From positions 1 to 29,130 of the forward strand of contig JAYUEN010000496.1 in the NCBI GenBank assembly GCA_043739185.1: a stretch of 29,130 nucleotides of DNA, written 5' to 3'. A program made the translations under genes and the position numbers. Shown in pieces: positions 1 to 8,994 of the stretch (its first letter is position 1; each line of letters starts with the position of its first letter). The notes under the pieces are model-generated. The model had not been told where the DNA came from and ran no database searches. It was given only the letters and a program-made list of their open reading frames with translations. This DNA comes from Bdellovibrionales bacterium (lineage in GTDB: Bacteria; Bdellovibrionota; Bdellovibrionia; Bdellovibrionales; JAMPXM01).

Positions 1-369
1 GCTATTGCCATTTATACTCACTTGATTTGCGGCACTAATATGAATATCTCCGGTCTGGCCAGAAATATTGTAATTGGGAAGACTATTGACTGTGCTTGAA
101 AATGAAGGGCTCCATGCAATCTTATTAATACTTGAAAAATTACAAAGTTCTGACACTTGACCGGGGGCAGGCGAAGCAGTCCCAGGCGGTAAGGTTATTA
201 CGGGACCATGACCATCAGGAGAATTGGTTGGGCCTTCGCTTCTAGGACTTGGCACCGCCGCAGTCGCACTTTGGTTCCCAACCGTAAACTTAACCTGCCC
301 ACAGGCTTGAATTACTGGGCTTAAAAATAACAATGCAAGAGAAATTTTGAAGAATTTAGAATTAAACAT
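1..369 (-). CDS. Predicted lipoprotein, 3'-partial (runs off the left edge; not in the ORF track)
   Basis: Manual translation from ATG at 369: MFNSKFFKISLALLFLSPVIQACGQVKFTVGNQSATAAVPSPRSEGPTNSPDG... The frame is open for 123 codons to position 1. Lipobox-like IQA-C-G, a Pro/Ser/Thr-rich linker, and a GGGGGA RBS 5 nt upstream. Confidence 0.8.
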   Translation of the reverse strand, partial: MFNSKFFKISLALLFLSPVIQACGQVKFTVGNQSATAAVPSPRSEGPTNSPDGHGPVITLPPGTASPAPGQVSELCNFSSINKIAWSPSFSSTVNSLPNYNISGQTGDIHISAANQVSINGNS

Positions 370-391
370 TTGCGTCCCCCAATAACATATG

Positions 392-407
392 TGCAATTCG
401 CAGACCG
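392..407 (-). promoter_or_regulatory. Possible sigma54 (-24/-12) promoter for the lipoprotein gene
   Basis: Minus strand reads CGGTCTGCGAATTGCA: GG-N10-GC spacing, good TTGCA -12 box, poor -24 box. Confidence 0.3.
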
Positions 408-549
408 GGCGGCAAACAATATATTAGAATAGGTGTGTCGAGCTTTACAAAGATGAATACAAATTGCTCATTATTTTAAAGATATTTAAAGGCAAATGCC
501 CATAACTAATTTTACAACGGGCACGTTCGACTTGATCATTAAATAGGTC

Positions 550-576
550 TCATTGCTCAGCTAGAGAAGCCGATAT
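550..576 (+). promoter_or_regulatory. Possible sigma28 (FliA)-type promoter
   Basis: TCAT-N15-GCCGATAT versus the consensus TAAA-N15-GCCGATAA, upstream of the CPBP gene. Confidence 0.25.
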
Positions 577-682
577 TTATGCTGTCGAAGTTCCACTTTA
601 GCAAACAAAGAACGCCGACATTTTATTAAAAATTCAAAAATTTGAAATGTAAAAAACCTGGCCGATTGCTACATTATTCAGA

Positions 683-1402
683 ATGAAAATGAGAAATGAC
701 ATTTTAATAAATTGGATGAAAACGAGAGCCTTGATTTATTTTGCAATGATTTTTCCGGCGCTTTTTATTTGGCTCCGTCTTGATGTTTCTCCTGATCCAA
801 ACAAAAAGTTGCTTTATGGATTATGTAAGCTATTGCAGATTTCAATTCCATTAATTTATTGGAAATTAAATAGAATTGAATTTCGTCTCCCGCTCAATGT
901 GAATTGGCGCGTTTTTATTATTGGGCTTGCGTCTGGGTTATTGATTGCTAGTCCAATCTATCTTTCTTACTTTTTTATCTTTCGGCACTCGCCATGGCTC
1001 ATGCAAACTTCAATTTTCGTGTCAGCGAGGGTAAAATCATTGGGGCTAACCAGTAGAAACTACTTTTTTATTTACGCTGGAATTTTATCCCTAATTCATT
1101 CTGGCTTTGAGGAATATTACTGGCGGTCTTTTATTTTTTCAGCCTGTCGTAGGTTTTACAGTTTGAGACTAGCAATGTTATTAAGTGCGGCGGCGTTTAC
1201 TCTTCATCATATTATTTTGCTTGATCAATACGTAGGCCATTCGCGCTTGCTTTTAACTGGGGCGTGTTCAATTGTTTTTCTTGGCGGAATTGTATGGTCC
1301 GTAGTGTATGATGAGACCAAGAGTATACTAGCGTCTTGGGTGAGTCACATTCTTGCTGATGTTGCTGTCATGGCCATACTTTTTGATCTTTCGAAGCTTT
1401 AA
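683..1402 (+). CDS. CPBP family intramembrane glutamic endopeptidase (CAAX/Abi protease)
   Basis: Multiple hydrophobic segments with the three CPBP motifs: EExxxR (EEYYWR), FxxxH (FTLHH) and HxxxD/N (SHILAD). Confidence 0.9.
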   Translation: MKMRNDILINWMKTRALIYFAMIFPALFIWLRLDVSPDPNKKLLYGLCKLLQISIPLIYWKLNRIEFRLPLNVNWRVFIIGLASGLLIASPIYLSYFFIFRHSPWLMQTSIFVSARVKSLGLTSRNYFFIYAGILSLIHSGFEEYYWRSFIFSACRRFYSLRLAMLLSAAAFTLHHIILLDQYVGHSRLLLTGACSIVFLGGIVWSVVYDETKSILASWVSHILADVAVMAILFDLSKL

Positions 1403-1565
1403 AATCAAATGTCCTGCCCTGTGTTCTTTTAGTTGGTCTAGTTTCAATTCTAGAAATCAAATCAGCCTCAACGGCAGCAGCAGCGGCTTGCCGTTTGGCA
1501 GTTTTAGTCTCGGTCTTTAGTGGGTCAGTTTATCTTAGTTTCCATTGCAGTAACAAGTTGGAGGA

Positions 1566-1739
1566 ATGACTTGCCCGCAACCGTTGCATTATTCGTCGGT
1601 CGTGAGTGTTTCTGCTGCTGACGTGCAAACTTTAAAGTCGCTTTTAGTTAAAGCTATTGATGATGCAAAAAACATAATTCGGGACTCTGCCGAACAAGAA
1701 CTGCATTCGTTCTCTCTTGATTTTTTTAATCTGAAATAA
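1566..1739 (+). pseudogene. C-terminal remnant of a DUF4423/TIGR02147-family protein
   Basis: 57-aa frame MTCPQPLHYSSVVSVSAADVQTLKSLLVKAIDDAKNIIRDSAEQELHSFSLDFFNLK*. It matches my recollection of the family C-terminus (LHYSSV.S.S..D...S.E.EL..F.LDFF.L). An in-frame TAA at 1551-1553 means the N-terminal part is absent. Confidence 0.6.
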
Positions 1740-1800
1740 AATTAAAAATTTTGGAAAAATTTGAAATTTTCTTTTAAAACTCTCGGCAAATGCATTGTCT

Positions 1801-2889
1801 TTAAAGGTTTTCAATTGAGTCGGCTGTCGAGTATATGTCCCAATCGTCACGATTTTGAAGAACAACTAACCATTTTTGTGATTTAGGACGAAAGCGAAAT
1901 ATCGACCTATATCCAAGCCACCCTCCCGCGTGTTGGTAAAGAAGTCCCTTCGCATCCAAAATGATTTGCCAGCCAAGCCCATACTCATAGCTACCTGAAC
2001 CAGGTAAACCGTGTGTGCCGCTTATAAAAAGCTCGCTAATAGGAGTCGAGCTAGCAAGATTCGAACTTAAGAACTTTGCCCAAGCCACAAGGTCTGAAGC
2101 TGAACCTATTAGTCCTCCGTCCCCTGTAAATACATCGCAAGGGTTTGAAGTATTCAATACAAGACCTCCCGAACTCTGTAATGAATAGGCCCAGGCAACT
2201 TTTGCATCGTATTCAATAGGTACTTCAGTACGTAGATAAGCCGTTGCCATTCCGGCCGGCAGAAGCACCCATTTTCTAAGTGCATGTGCAAAGTCCATTT
2301 TTGATAGCCTTTCGCTTAGCCACGAAAGAATTAGAAAGTTGGAATTGCTGTACTGAAATGCTTGTCCTGGCTGAAATTCCAGCGTTCTGAGTTCGCGTAG
2401 GAATTTTTTTGCCCGCAGTGGTGATGTCGAAGTTCCGTCGCAAGCAAATGTGTAGTCCGCAATTCCTGATGTATGATGTAGCAAATCAGAGACTCGCACT
2501 CGAGCATAAACAGCGGGCAGTTCAGGCAACAAAGCTTTTAATGGAGTATCTAGGCTTATGTGATGTTCACGCATAAGTTGCCAGATCAAGAACCCAGTGA
2601 ACGGTTTAGTGAGAGAGGCAAAATTGAATGGTGTTTGAGAGTTTATTTTTTGACCGCTATCCAAGCGCATATCGCCTTGAGCGCCTGATCTCATTTGCTG
2701 ATTGGCGATCCCTGTCACCCAAATTATTCCGGGATCGGCGAAGCTAGAGTCAAACGCAACAGTTAACAAGCTGAAGCAGACTAAAGCCAATTGAAAATAA
2801 TGGGATCTCACAAACTCCCCTTTTTTGCAGATTCTTTCGGTTTTGAGAAATACCACATGTTGGTTAGAATACAAAAGTATTCGCTTCAT
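1801..2889 (-). CDS. Serine hydrolase, beta-lactamase/PBP-like (class C/AmpH-type fold); true start probably GTG at 2811
   Basis: SxxK (FASLTK), LLxHTSG, YxN (FQYSNSNF) and HxGG (HAGG) motifs. A signal-peptide-like segment follows VRSHYF, with an AAGGGGAG RBS upstream. Confidence 0.9.
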   Translation of the reverse strand: MKRILLYSNQHVVFLKTERICKKGEFVRSHYFQLALVCFSLLTVAFDSSFADPGIIWVTGIANQQMRSGAQGDMRLDSGQKINSQTPFNFASLTKPFTGFLIWQLMREHHISLDTPLKALLPELPAVYARVRVSDLLHHTSGIADYTFACDGTSTSPLRAKKFLRELRTLEFQPGQAFQYSNSNFLILSWLSERLSKMDFAHALRKWVLLPAGMATAYLRTEVPIEYDAKVAWAYSLQSSGGLVLNTSNPCDVFTGDGGLIGSASDLVAWAKFLSSNLASSTPISELFISGTHGLPGSGSYEYGLGWQIILDAKGLLYQHAGGWLGYRSIFRFRPKSQKWLVVLQNRDDWDIYSTADSIENL

Positions 2890-3199
2890 TGAGAGTCTCC
2901 ATACTCAAAAAAAAATTCATAAAAACTTTGCCGAACCTTAACCAAGACTCTATGAAATGGGAACTCGAACTCTCGAATGGACAATTTGTATATCGTAAAA
3001 TTCCGGTCCCATTGTAAGGCCCACTCCATCCAGGCGGTGGAGTCATCAAAGGACTTCGCTCAACCAAAGAGTCGAGGCCGTTTCCACAAACGTATCTAAA
3101 TGATCCTTGATCTGCATTGGCGAAATTACATTCCGCTTTCACTGTGCCAACTTATAGAACTGTATTTAAAAGCAAGAGGAAAATAAATTTTTTGCTCAC
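2864..3199 (-). pseudogene. Small secreted-protein gene with an in-frame stop in its signal peptide
   Basis: GTG at 3199 with an AGGGTGAG RBS reads VSKKFIFLLLLNTVL*VGTVKA|ECNF... The TAA at 3152-3154 is in frame with the 92-aa ORF 2864..3142. Confidence 0.5.
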
Positions 3200-3259
3200 A
3201 AATCTGCTCACCCTAATAGTTGTAACAATCATTACTAACTAATCCAAATTAAGTGACAG

Positions 3260-3985
3260 TCAATTCAAGCCCAATTCAGAGTTTGGACAAGCCAGTAAAT
3301 TCTTAAATGTTTGCGGCCAAATTTGAGGTCCCACTTGCTCGTAGCGTTGTTTCATGCCGGCTGATGCGTGAGCATAAGCTCCGCTTTGAATGCGAATTTC
3401 TTCGCGTATGCCTAATTCAAACCAAACTCTTTGCTCAGCAGAAGTAAGACTAATTTGCGAAATTCTATAGGGAACTTCAAAGGCCGCTAAAGATGCCGTA
3501 CCTTCATCAATAAAAAAGTCATTACAGATATTTCGAGCATTACTGGCCAATCTCACCTCATATTGTAGATGGTGGGTGAGTTCATGAGTCAGGGAAGTGA
3601 ATACTCCAGAAATATTATCGGGAGACATTGATATTGCAATTTGGCTACGTCCGTTTTTATCAACCCAATAAAGACTCGAACAGTAAGGATAATCTTCATA
3701 AGTGCAGACATGAATATCGAGGTTCTCAATTGCATCATGACTGAATTTAAAATTCTCGCCCACAAACGCCAGTATCAAGAGTTGCCAAAGATTTTTTTGG
3801 TCTGGAGTGAGTGCTTGGCTAAAAGCAAATTCTTTTAAATAGGCGCTTCGCTCTGTGGGAGTCGTTTTTTGTAAGGGCTGAACCAATAATTCTCTGAAAG
3901 GCGAAACTGTATTGAGGTCGAGCGCGGGTAACTGTGCCCATAATAGACAAGGAAAAAACAATAATAAAATGACAAAGATTTTGAT
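3260..3985 (-). CDS. Secreted HExxH zinc-metalloprotease-like protein (gluzincin-like); ORF track start 3961, probable original start 3985
   Basis: THELTHHLQY (HExxH) followed by a downstream DEGTA glutamate. The in-frame extension IKIFVILLLFFPCLLWA|Q forms a complete signal peptide behind AAGGAG. Confidence 0.65.
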   Translation of the reverse strand: MKIFVILLLFFPCLLWAQLPALDLNTVSPFRELLVQPLQKTTPTERSAYLKEFAFSQALTPDQKNLWQLLILAFVGENFKFSHDAIENLDIHVCTYEDYPYCSSLYWVDKNGRSQIAISMSPDNISGVFTSLTHELTHHLQYEVRLASNARNICNDFFIDEGTASLAAFEVPYRISQISLTSAEQRVWFELGIREEIRIQSGAYAHASAGMKQRYEQVGPQIWPQTFKNLLACPNSELGLN

Positions 3986-4070
3986 GAATTCTCCTTGCGT
4001 CGTTTATGAAGCATTTTAGGAGTAATGCTTGAAAATTGTCAATTGCCGCTGGGTCACTTTATATCTGAGA

Positions 4071-4469
4071 TTAGTTCTCTAAATTCACAATGCTAATTTT
4101 GGCATTCGATTCATCTACATTGGCAGTAATTCTTGCTTCATAAAAGCCATTGTAGAGCTTTGCCGCTGAATTAGATCTGATGAGAATTTGAGTTTGGGCT
4201 CCGCTCGAGTTGGCTTCATAAAGATTTTTGATTTCTTCTAAAGTAACTGGAATATAAGACACTATTGAAAATCGACAAACACCGCTGATTTTTCCCTCTT
4301 TACTTAGGGATCCGATGCAATCATTAAAGTTGAATTTTGGCTCTTCAAGAGTGACATTGTCGCGGCCCCTTAAAATATAAGTCAAAATTTCTTTTAAGTT
4401 TTGATGAGAAATAGTAAGTAGTGATTCTGAAATACTAGAAAGTTGATTGGGTTGAAGTAAATGAGCCAA
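4071..4469 (-). CDS. Hypothetical protein with a degraded 5' end (frame open to 4649; possible pseudogene)
   Basis: 132-aa ORF. The frame stays open 60 codons further upstream (...KVCSAEVDPKLVGRTFGDLSEAFEKDL...) with no ATG/GTG/TTG. Confidence 0.45.
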   Translation of the reverse strand: MAHLLQPNQLSSISESLLTISHQNLKEILTYILRGRDNVTLEEPKFNFNDCIGSLSKEGKISGVCRFSIVSYIPVTLEEIKNLYEANSSGAQTQILIRSNSAAKLYNGFYEARITANVDESNAKISIVNLEN

Positions 4470-4653
4470 TTCAAAATAGTTAAATTCTTCAACGGGCAGG
4501 GAACTCTTTTTTATTAAATCTTTTTCAAAGGCCTCACTGAGATCCCCAAAGGTTCTGCCAACAAGTTTTGGATCTACCTCTGCCGAACAGACTTTTATAT
4601 TTGTATAGTTATTAGTAAAACAATATTTACAGTTTGGTCCTAGATTGAACTAT

Positions 4654-4669
4654 TGCAAAAGCTTAGCCA
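4654..4669 (-). promoter_or_regulatory. Candidate sigma54 promoter
   Basis: TGGCTAAGCTTTTGCA matches TGGC-N7-TTGCA (GG-N10-GC) and points toward the 4071 gene. Confidence 0.5.
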
Positions 4670-4757
4670 TTGGCCAGATAGAATTGACCGCCTCGGAACT
4701 TGCGTTTTATGGTTTTATATTCTCTATTACGAGTGAAGAAGGTAATAGTTTCAAAAG

Positions 4758-6143
4758 GTGGTGACCATTAAAGTATTTGAAAAGCCCCAGATGTTGAGAA
4801 GTTTAGGCATGAAAGAAGCTTTGGCTTTAGTTGTAGGGAGTGTGATTGGCACTGGCGTATTTCTCAAAGCTGGCATTATGTCTGTTCAAGTGGGCTCGGC
4901 CTACTGGGTGTTAGCGGCTTTCGTAATATCAGGTCTTCTATCTCTTTGTGGTGCTTTTTGCTACGCCGAGCTCGGAAGTTTATTTCCTAAAGCTGGCGGA
5001 GAATATGTTTATTTACGTGAAGCTTACGGCGAGAAGTTAGCATTCTTATATGGATGGACGCGCTTTTGGATCGGTAGCCCGGCATCGATCGCAGCCTATG
5101 CGGTCGGAAGTGTCACCTTTTTATCAGGGCTGATTTCTTTTGGTAGTCCGAGGCTCGAAGCTATTGCGGCTATTGTTTTAATTTGGATTTTTAGTTTGCT
5201 CAATTGTCTTTCGGTTGCCTTCGGCGGTAAATTTCAAGCTTTTTTAACCGCCCTCAAAGTTTTTATGATTCTAGGGCTCACTCTTGCGATCTTTGGTTTT
5301 GGACAAGGCGCGAGTTGGAGTCATCTTTCTTCGCATGCAGGTGTGCTCAATGGCGCATGGCCGGGATTGAGTGCCTTTGGAGCTGCAATGATCGGAGCGC
5401 TCTGGGCCTTTGATGGTTGGAATAATATGCCTATGGTAGCAGGAGAAATTCGCAATCCTTCAAAAAATATACCGCTGGCATTAATTATAGGGATGGGAAG
5501 CGTACTTTTGATTTATTTATTGGCAAATCTCTCTTATTTTTATGCGCTTTCAACTACTGAAGTGGCGAATTCATTTTCTAGAATTCATCCGCAAGCATTG
5601 CCAGTTGCTACCATGGCCGCCACTAAGGCATTCGGTTCAATTGCCGCAGCAATTTTATCAATCGCTTTTGTGTTCTCGGCCCTAGGAGCAATGAATGGCT
5701 CGATTTTAACTAATGCACGCGTTCCCTATGCAATGGCAGAAGATCAACTTTTTTTTCATTCGTTAGCAAGACTTAGCAAAACCAGTCGAGTGCCCATCAT
5801 TTCAATTTTGATTCAAGCTATAGTCTCTTCAGCTTTGGCATTGTCAGGAAGTTTCGACCAACTAACTGATTATGTGGTATTCGCCTCTTGGATTTACTAT
5901 GCACTTGGCTGCGGATCTATTTTTATTTTTCGCAGAAAAGGGCTCAAATCAGATTACCGAATTCCTCTTTTTCCCTGGTTACCACTGCTCTTCATTTTTT
6001 CTGCAGTATTTTTGATTATCAATACGCTGCTAACGTCGCCCCGCGAAAGTATTACCGGACTTCTTTTCATTTTTGTTGGAATTCCATTTTACTTTTATTT
6101 CAAAAGAAATTATTTGAGTAGAACAAAAGATCCTAATCCATGA
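4758..6143 (+). CDS. APC family amino acid permease (LAT/SteT-like)
   Basis: About 12 hydrophobic segments with GSVIGTGVF (TM1), YAELGS..PKAGGEYVYL, WAFDGWN and AGEIRNPSKNIP motifs. Confidence 0.95.
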   Translation: MVTIKVFEKPQMLRSLGMKEALALVVGSVIGTGVFLKAGIMSVQVGSAYWVLAAFVISGLLSLCGAFCYAELGSLFPKAGGEYVYLREAYGEKLAFLYGWTRFWIGSPASIAAYAVGSVTFLSGLISFGSPRLEAIAAIVLIWIFSLLNCLSVAFGGKFQAFLTALKVFMILGLTLAIFGFGQGASWSHLSSHAGVLNGAWPGLSAFGAAMIGALWAFDGWNNMPMVAGEIRNPSKNIPLALIIGMGSVLLIYLLANLSYFYALSTTEVANSFSRIHPQALPVATMAATKAFGSIAAAILSIAFVFSALGAMNGSILTNARVPYAMAEDQLFFHSLARLSKTSRVPIISILIQAIVSSALALSGSFDQLTDYVVFASWIYYALGCGSIFIFRRKGLKSDYRIPLFPWLPLLFIFSAVFLIINTLLTSPRESITGLLFIFVGIPFYFYFKRNYLSRTKDPNP

Positions 6144-6383
6144 GCTTTCACCTGCAAATGCCCGCGTCTCAATTCGGACCACAGCTGGATTACGAAGAAG
6201 GGGGCAGGAGGCTTCTTTAAAGCCAAGATGGGTGTCCTCAACTTAAGGCCAAAAGCTTAGTTTTTTATAAATCAAATCTTTGCAAATGCTTGAGAGCTTT
6301 AGTTCAAAAAGCTTTGAATTATTAATAGCCTGCGCATTTTTACTAGACTCCAATCTTTGCCCGATTTGACCGAAACTACTACT

Positions 6384-6577
6384 ATGTACAAAGTTTTATT
6401 GGTTGAAGATTCAATCGAATACATTCATTTGGTAAAAAAATTTTGGGTGAGAAATTTGAAATACATGCTGCCGAGATGATTGCGGATGCGCGAAAGTTCA
6501 CATCTCATCATAATTACGATTTAATATTGCTTGATGTACACCTTCCCGATGGCAACCGTTTCAGGATGGGGTTATAG
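6384..6577 (+). pseudogene. Response-regulator receiver-domain remnant (frameshifted and truncated)
   Basis: MYKVLLVEDSIEYIHLVKK, then a frameshift in the A7 run at 6434-6440, then ILGEKFEIHAAEMIADARKFTSHHNYDLILLDVHLPDGNRFRMGL*. It has the acidic pair (VED) and the DLILLD..LPDG phospho-Asp motif but lacks the C-terminal half. Confidence 0.8.
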
Positions 6578-6624
6578 TTTAGTTCGAAATTAGGAACTTC
6601 AATCATCTAGAGAGGAAACTGAAA

Positions 6625-7014
6625 GTGCAAGCTAAACACAACTTCAATTCGATCGACTTAGCAAGAATCAAAGAACTAGAAGAATTTGATTCGGATGGTG
6701 ATGGTACTTTTTTAGATTCTATCTTAAATTTGTACTTGCAAGAATCACCACAGATAATTTCTAAAATTTCGCTTCATTTAAGTGCCGGTAAAATACAAGA
6801 GGTTCAACGGGCCGCCCATAGCTTAAAATCAAGTAGCGCAAATATTGGAGCTGCAATTCTAGCTGGATTTTGCAAGGATTTAGAATTGAGCACAATGCCG
6901 TTGGGCGATTTCACCGAAGCAAACTTGAAATTGCTTTTTGAAAAAATTCAGAACGAATTTTCAAATTGTGAAAAAGAAATCAAGAAACTAATTAGAGTTC
7001 AAGCGAAGTCTTGA
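6625..7014 (+). CDS. Stand-alone Hpt (histidine phosphotransfer) domain protein
   Basis: AHSLKSSSANIGA...L...C..LE is the Hpt signature; GAGGA RBS upstream. Confidence 0.92.
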   Translation: MQAKHNFNSIDLARIKELEEFDSDGDGTFLDSILNLYLQESPQIISKISLHLSAGKIQEVQRAAHSLKSSSANIGAAILAGFCKDLELSTMPLGDFTEANLKLLFEKIQNEFSNCEKEIKKLIRVQAKS

Positions 7015-7027
7015 AGGCCTTATAATT

Positions 7028-8221
7028 TTACTTCGTCAATTTTGCTAGTAACTCATCGGCAGCAGATGCACTCAGTTGAGTGAGTACACCGGTAGAAGGG
7101 TCCATTATCATCACTCCTGAAAGTGGCGCATTGGCTTGTCGCAATTTTTCACTTTTCGGAACAATCATATTCAAAACTTGAGCATAGGCCTCGGGTTGCT
7201 CTTGAGGAATAATATGACCAGTCTCCGAAAAAATAATCAGGGCAATATTATATTGTTCGCGGACCAGGCGTTGATAGTTTAAAATTTGATCCTTTAACAA
7301 TAGGGAATCTTCTTTCGCGGCCACGATCATCACGCGAGCAGTCTCTTTGGGGATTTCAAGATTCTTCCAATCAAAATCTTCGCTCGCGTGTGCCATTTTA
7401 GTAAAGCCTAGGGCGAAATCAGCTCTTTTTTCAGCGCTAAAATGGTATTTGGCAATCATGCTATCGGCCCTATTTGCGGAAACCGAATGATAGGCCTGAT
7501 CGATCGCAGAGCGAGAAAGTGTGGGGCCTAAAAATGGGTTTAAAGACTCAGCTGCTTTTAGCATCGAACGAAATTGATCTGCCATAGGCACTGCGGCCTT
7601 GGTTGAAGTCATCGGAACACTCTCTATAATCAATGGGAAGCCCTTTAACTGCGCGGAAATGGCCCCGCTAAAAGATAAGCCGACCGGAATAATATTTTTA
7701 ATTCCCAAGTCTTCGTTCAAATAGTTAACTATTTGGGTGGTTTCGTTTGCATAATCCTGCATGCTCGGATTTCGCTCTCGAAAACTCTTAAGTTCTTGAG
7801 TTTCAAGTTGGTTGACCGAAAAAGCTTGACTAGAGAATTGAACGGATACCACGCCAAAACCTTTTTCAACTAAAGCGCGAAGATTGAGCTCGGCCATTAA
7901 TAAATTCACACCAGGCAAAAGCAAAAGGGTCGGAAAGCTTTTTTTTGCGGGCGCAATGATTTGCACGAAGTTGACTCCAAGTGGAGTTCTAAGTCCTAAG
8001 TTTTTTGCTTCGCTTAAGCGTCGATCTACTGATTTGATACGAAAGAAACTCAGGCAGGAGGGGGCCGAAGCTTGAGCGGAAAATGGACCGAAAAAAAGTG
8101 CCAAAGAAAGAACAATTACTGCTATCTTGGACATCTCAATTCTTAGGCTTTTAGCTGATTTCAATGACATTCGATTCTTTAGAGCATGAGTTATGCCACC
8201 ACGCCAGGGTTTCAGGGACAT
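7028..8221 (-). CDS. Secreted alpha/beta-hydrolase fold protein (start probably MSKIAV at 8134)
   Basis: Signal peptide, LLLLPGV oxyanion-like strand, GLSFSG nucleophile elbow and C-terminal ETGHIIP histidine motif. Confidence 0.75.
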   Translation of the reverse strand: MSLKPWRGGITHALKNRMSLKSAKSLRIEMSKIAVIVLSLALFFGPFSAQASAPSCLSFFRIKSVDRRLSEAKNLGLRTPLGVNFVQIIAPAKKSFPTLLLLPGVNLLMAELNLRALVEKGFGVVSVQFSSQAFSVNQLETQELKSFRERNPSMQDYANETTQIVNYLNEDLGIKNIIPVGLSFSGAISAQLKGFPLIIESVPMTSTKAAVPMADQFRSMLKAAESLNPFLGPTLSRSAIDQAYHSVSANRADSMIAKYHFSAEKRADFALGFTKMAHASEDFDWKNLEIPKETARVMIVAAKEDSLLLKDQILNYQRLVREQYNIALIIFSETGHIIPQEQPEAYAQVLNMIVPKSEKLRQANAPLSGVMIMDPSTGVLTQLSASAADELLAKLTK

Positions 8222-8372
8222 TTGAGCTGGCCCAAAATAGTTAAATTTTAGTCATTGCGGCAGTTTTTGGCTTTTAGAAAAGGAGAGTTTTGACCTTTTA
8301 TTCATTTGCGGTTAAACGTCGGCTTGCTGATCTTAATGAAGATAGGTTCATTGTAACCAAACAAAGGAATTA

Positions 8373-8987
8373 TTGATGATTGCAATTTATGGAAGCCCAA
8401 AATCAAGTACCGGCCGATGCGTGTGGGCCTTAGAAGAAGCCGGCGTTACTTATGAATTGAAATCTGTAGATATGAGAAATAAAGAGCATAAATCGCCGTC
8501 ATTTCTAAAGCTAAATCCGAATGGTAAAATTCCGGTTCTAACCGATGGAGATTTCACATTGTATGAGTCGATGGCGATCAATTCTTATATTGCCGAGTCC
8601 TACAAAAAAGATTTGCTCGGAAAAGCTCCCGCCGAAAAAGCTTTGGTTCAACAGTGGAGCTATTGGGCCAGTTTAGAACTTCAAAATCCAATAATTGAAG
8701 TATTCATACAGAAGGTTTTCGTTCCTGAGGACAAGCGTGATCAAAATGTGATAGCAAAAAATCTTGAGAAATTGCCGAGTCTTTTTTCGATACTAGATGG
8801 GGCACTGAAAGACAAAAAATATCTGGTTGGAAATCAATTTAGCTTGGCTGATTTAAATGTTGCAAGTGTGGCGAGTATTGCTACGGCCATTGGTTTTGAA
8901 ACCAAAACTTTTCAAAACTTTACTTCGTGGATGGCCAATTTGGCGGAGCGACCCGCCTTCAAAAAATATATGGAATTACGAAAATAA
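8373..8987 (+). CDS. Glutathione S-transferase family protein
   Basis: LKLNPNGKIPVL.DGDFTLYESMAI (GST N-domain) and YLVGNQFSLADL (GST C-domain). Confidence 0.96.
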   Translation: MMIAIYGSPKSSTGRCVWALEEAGVTYELKSVDMRNKEHKSPSFLKLNPNGKIPVLTDGDFTLYESMAINSYIAESYKKDLLGKAPAEKALVQQWSYWASLELQNPIIEVFIQKVFVPEDKRDQNVIAKNLEKLPSLFSILDGALKDKKYLVGNQFSLADLNVASVASIATAIGFETKTFQNFTSWMANLAERPAFKKYMELRK

Positions 8988-8994
8988 AACGAAA

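Noticed and set aside
1801..2889. Antibiotic-resistance beta-lactamase call
   Set aside because: SxxK/YxN/HxG motifs are shared by esterases and peptidases of this fold; the sequence alone cannot establish beta-lactamase activity.
4650..4670. ATG...TAG in frame with the 4071 ORF, suggesting amber readthrough
   Set aside because: The same bases are better explained as a sigma54-type promoter, and TAG terminates other genes normally in this window.
6140..6220. 26-aa ORF (MSFHLQMPASQFGPQLDYEEGGRRLL) coupled by ATGA to the permease stop
   Set aside because: No recognisable motif or RBS, and such short ATGA-coupled frames arise by chance.
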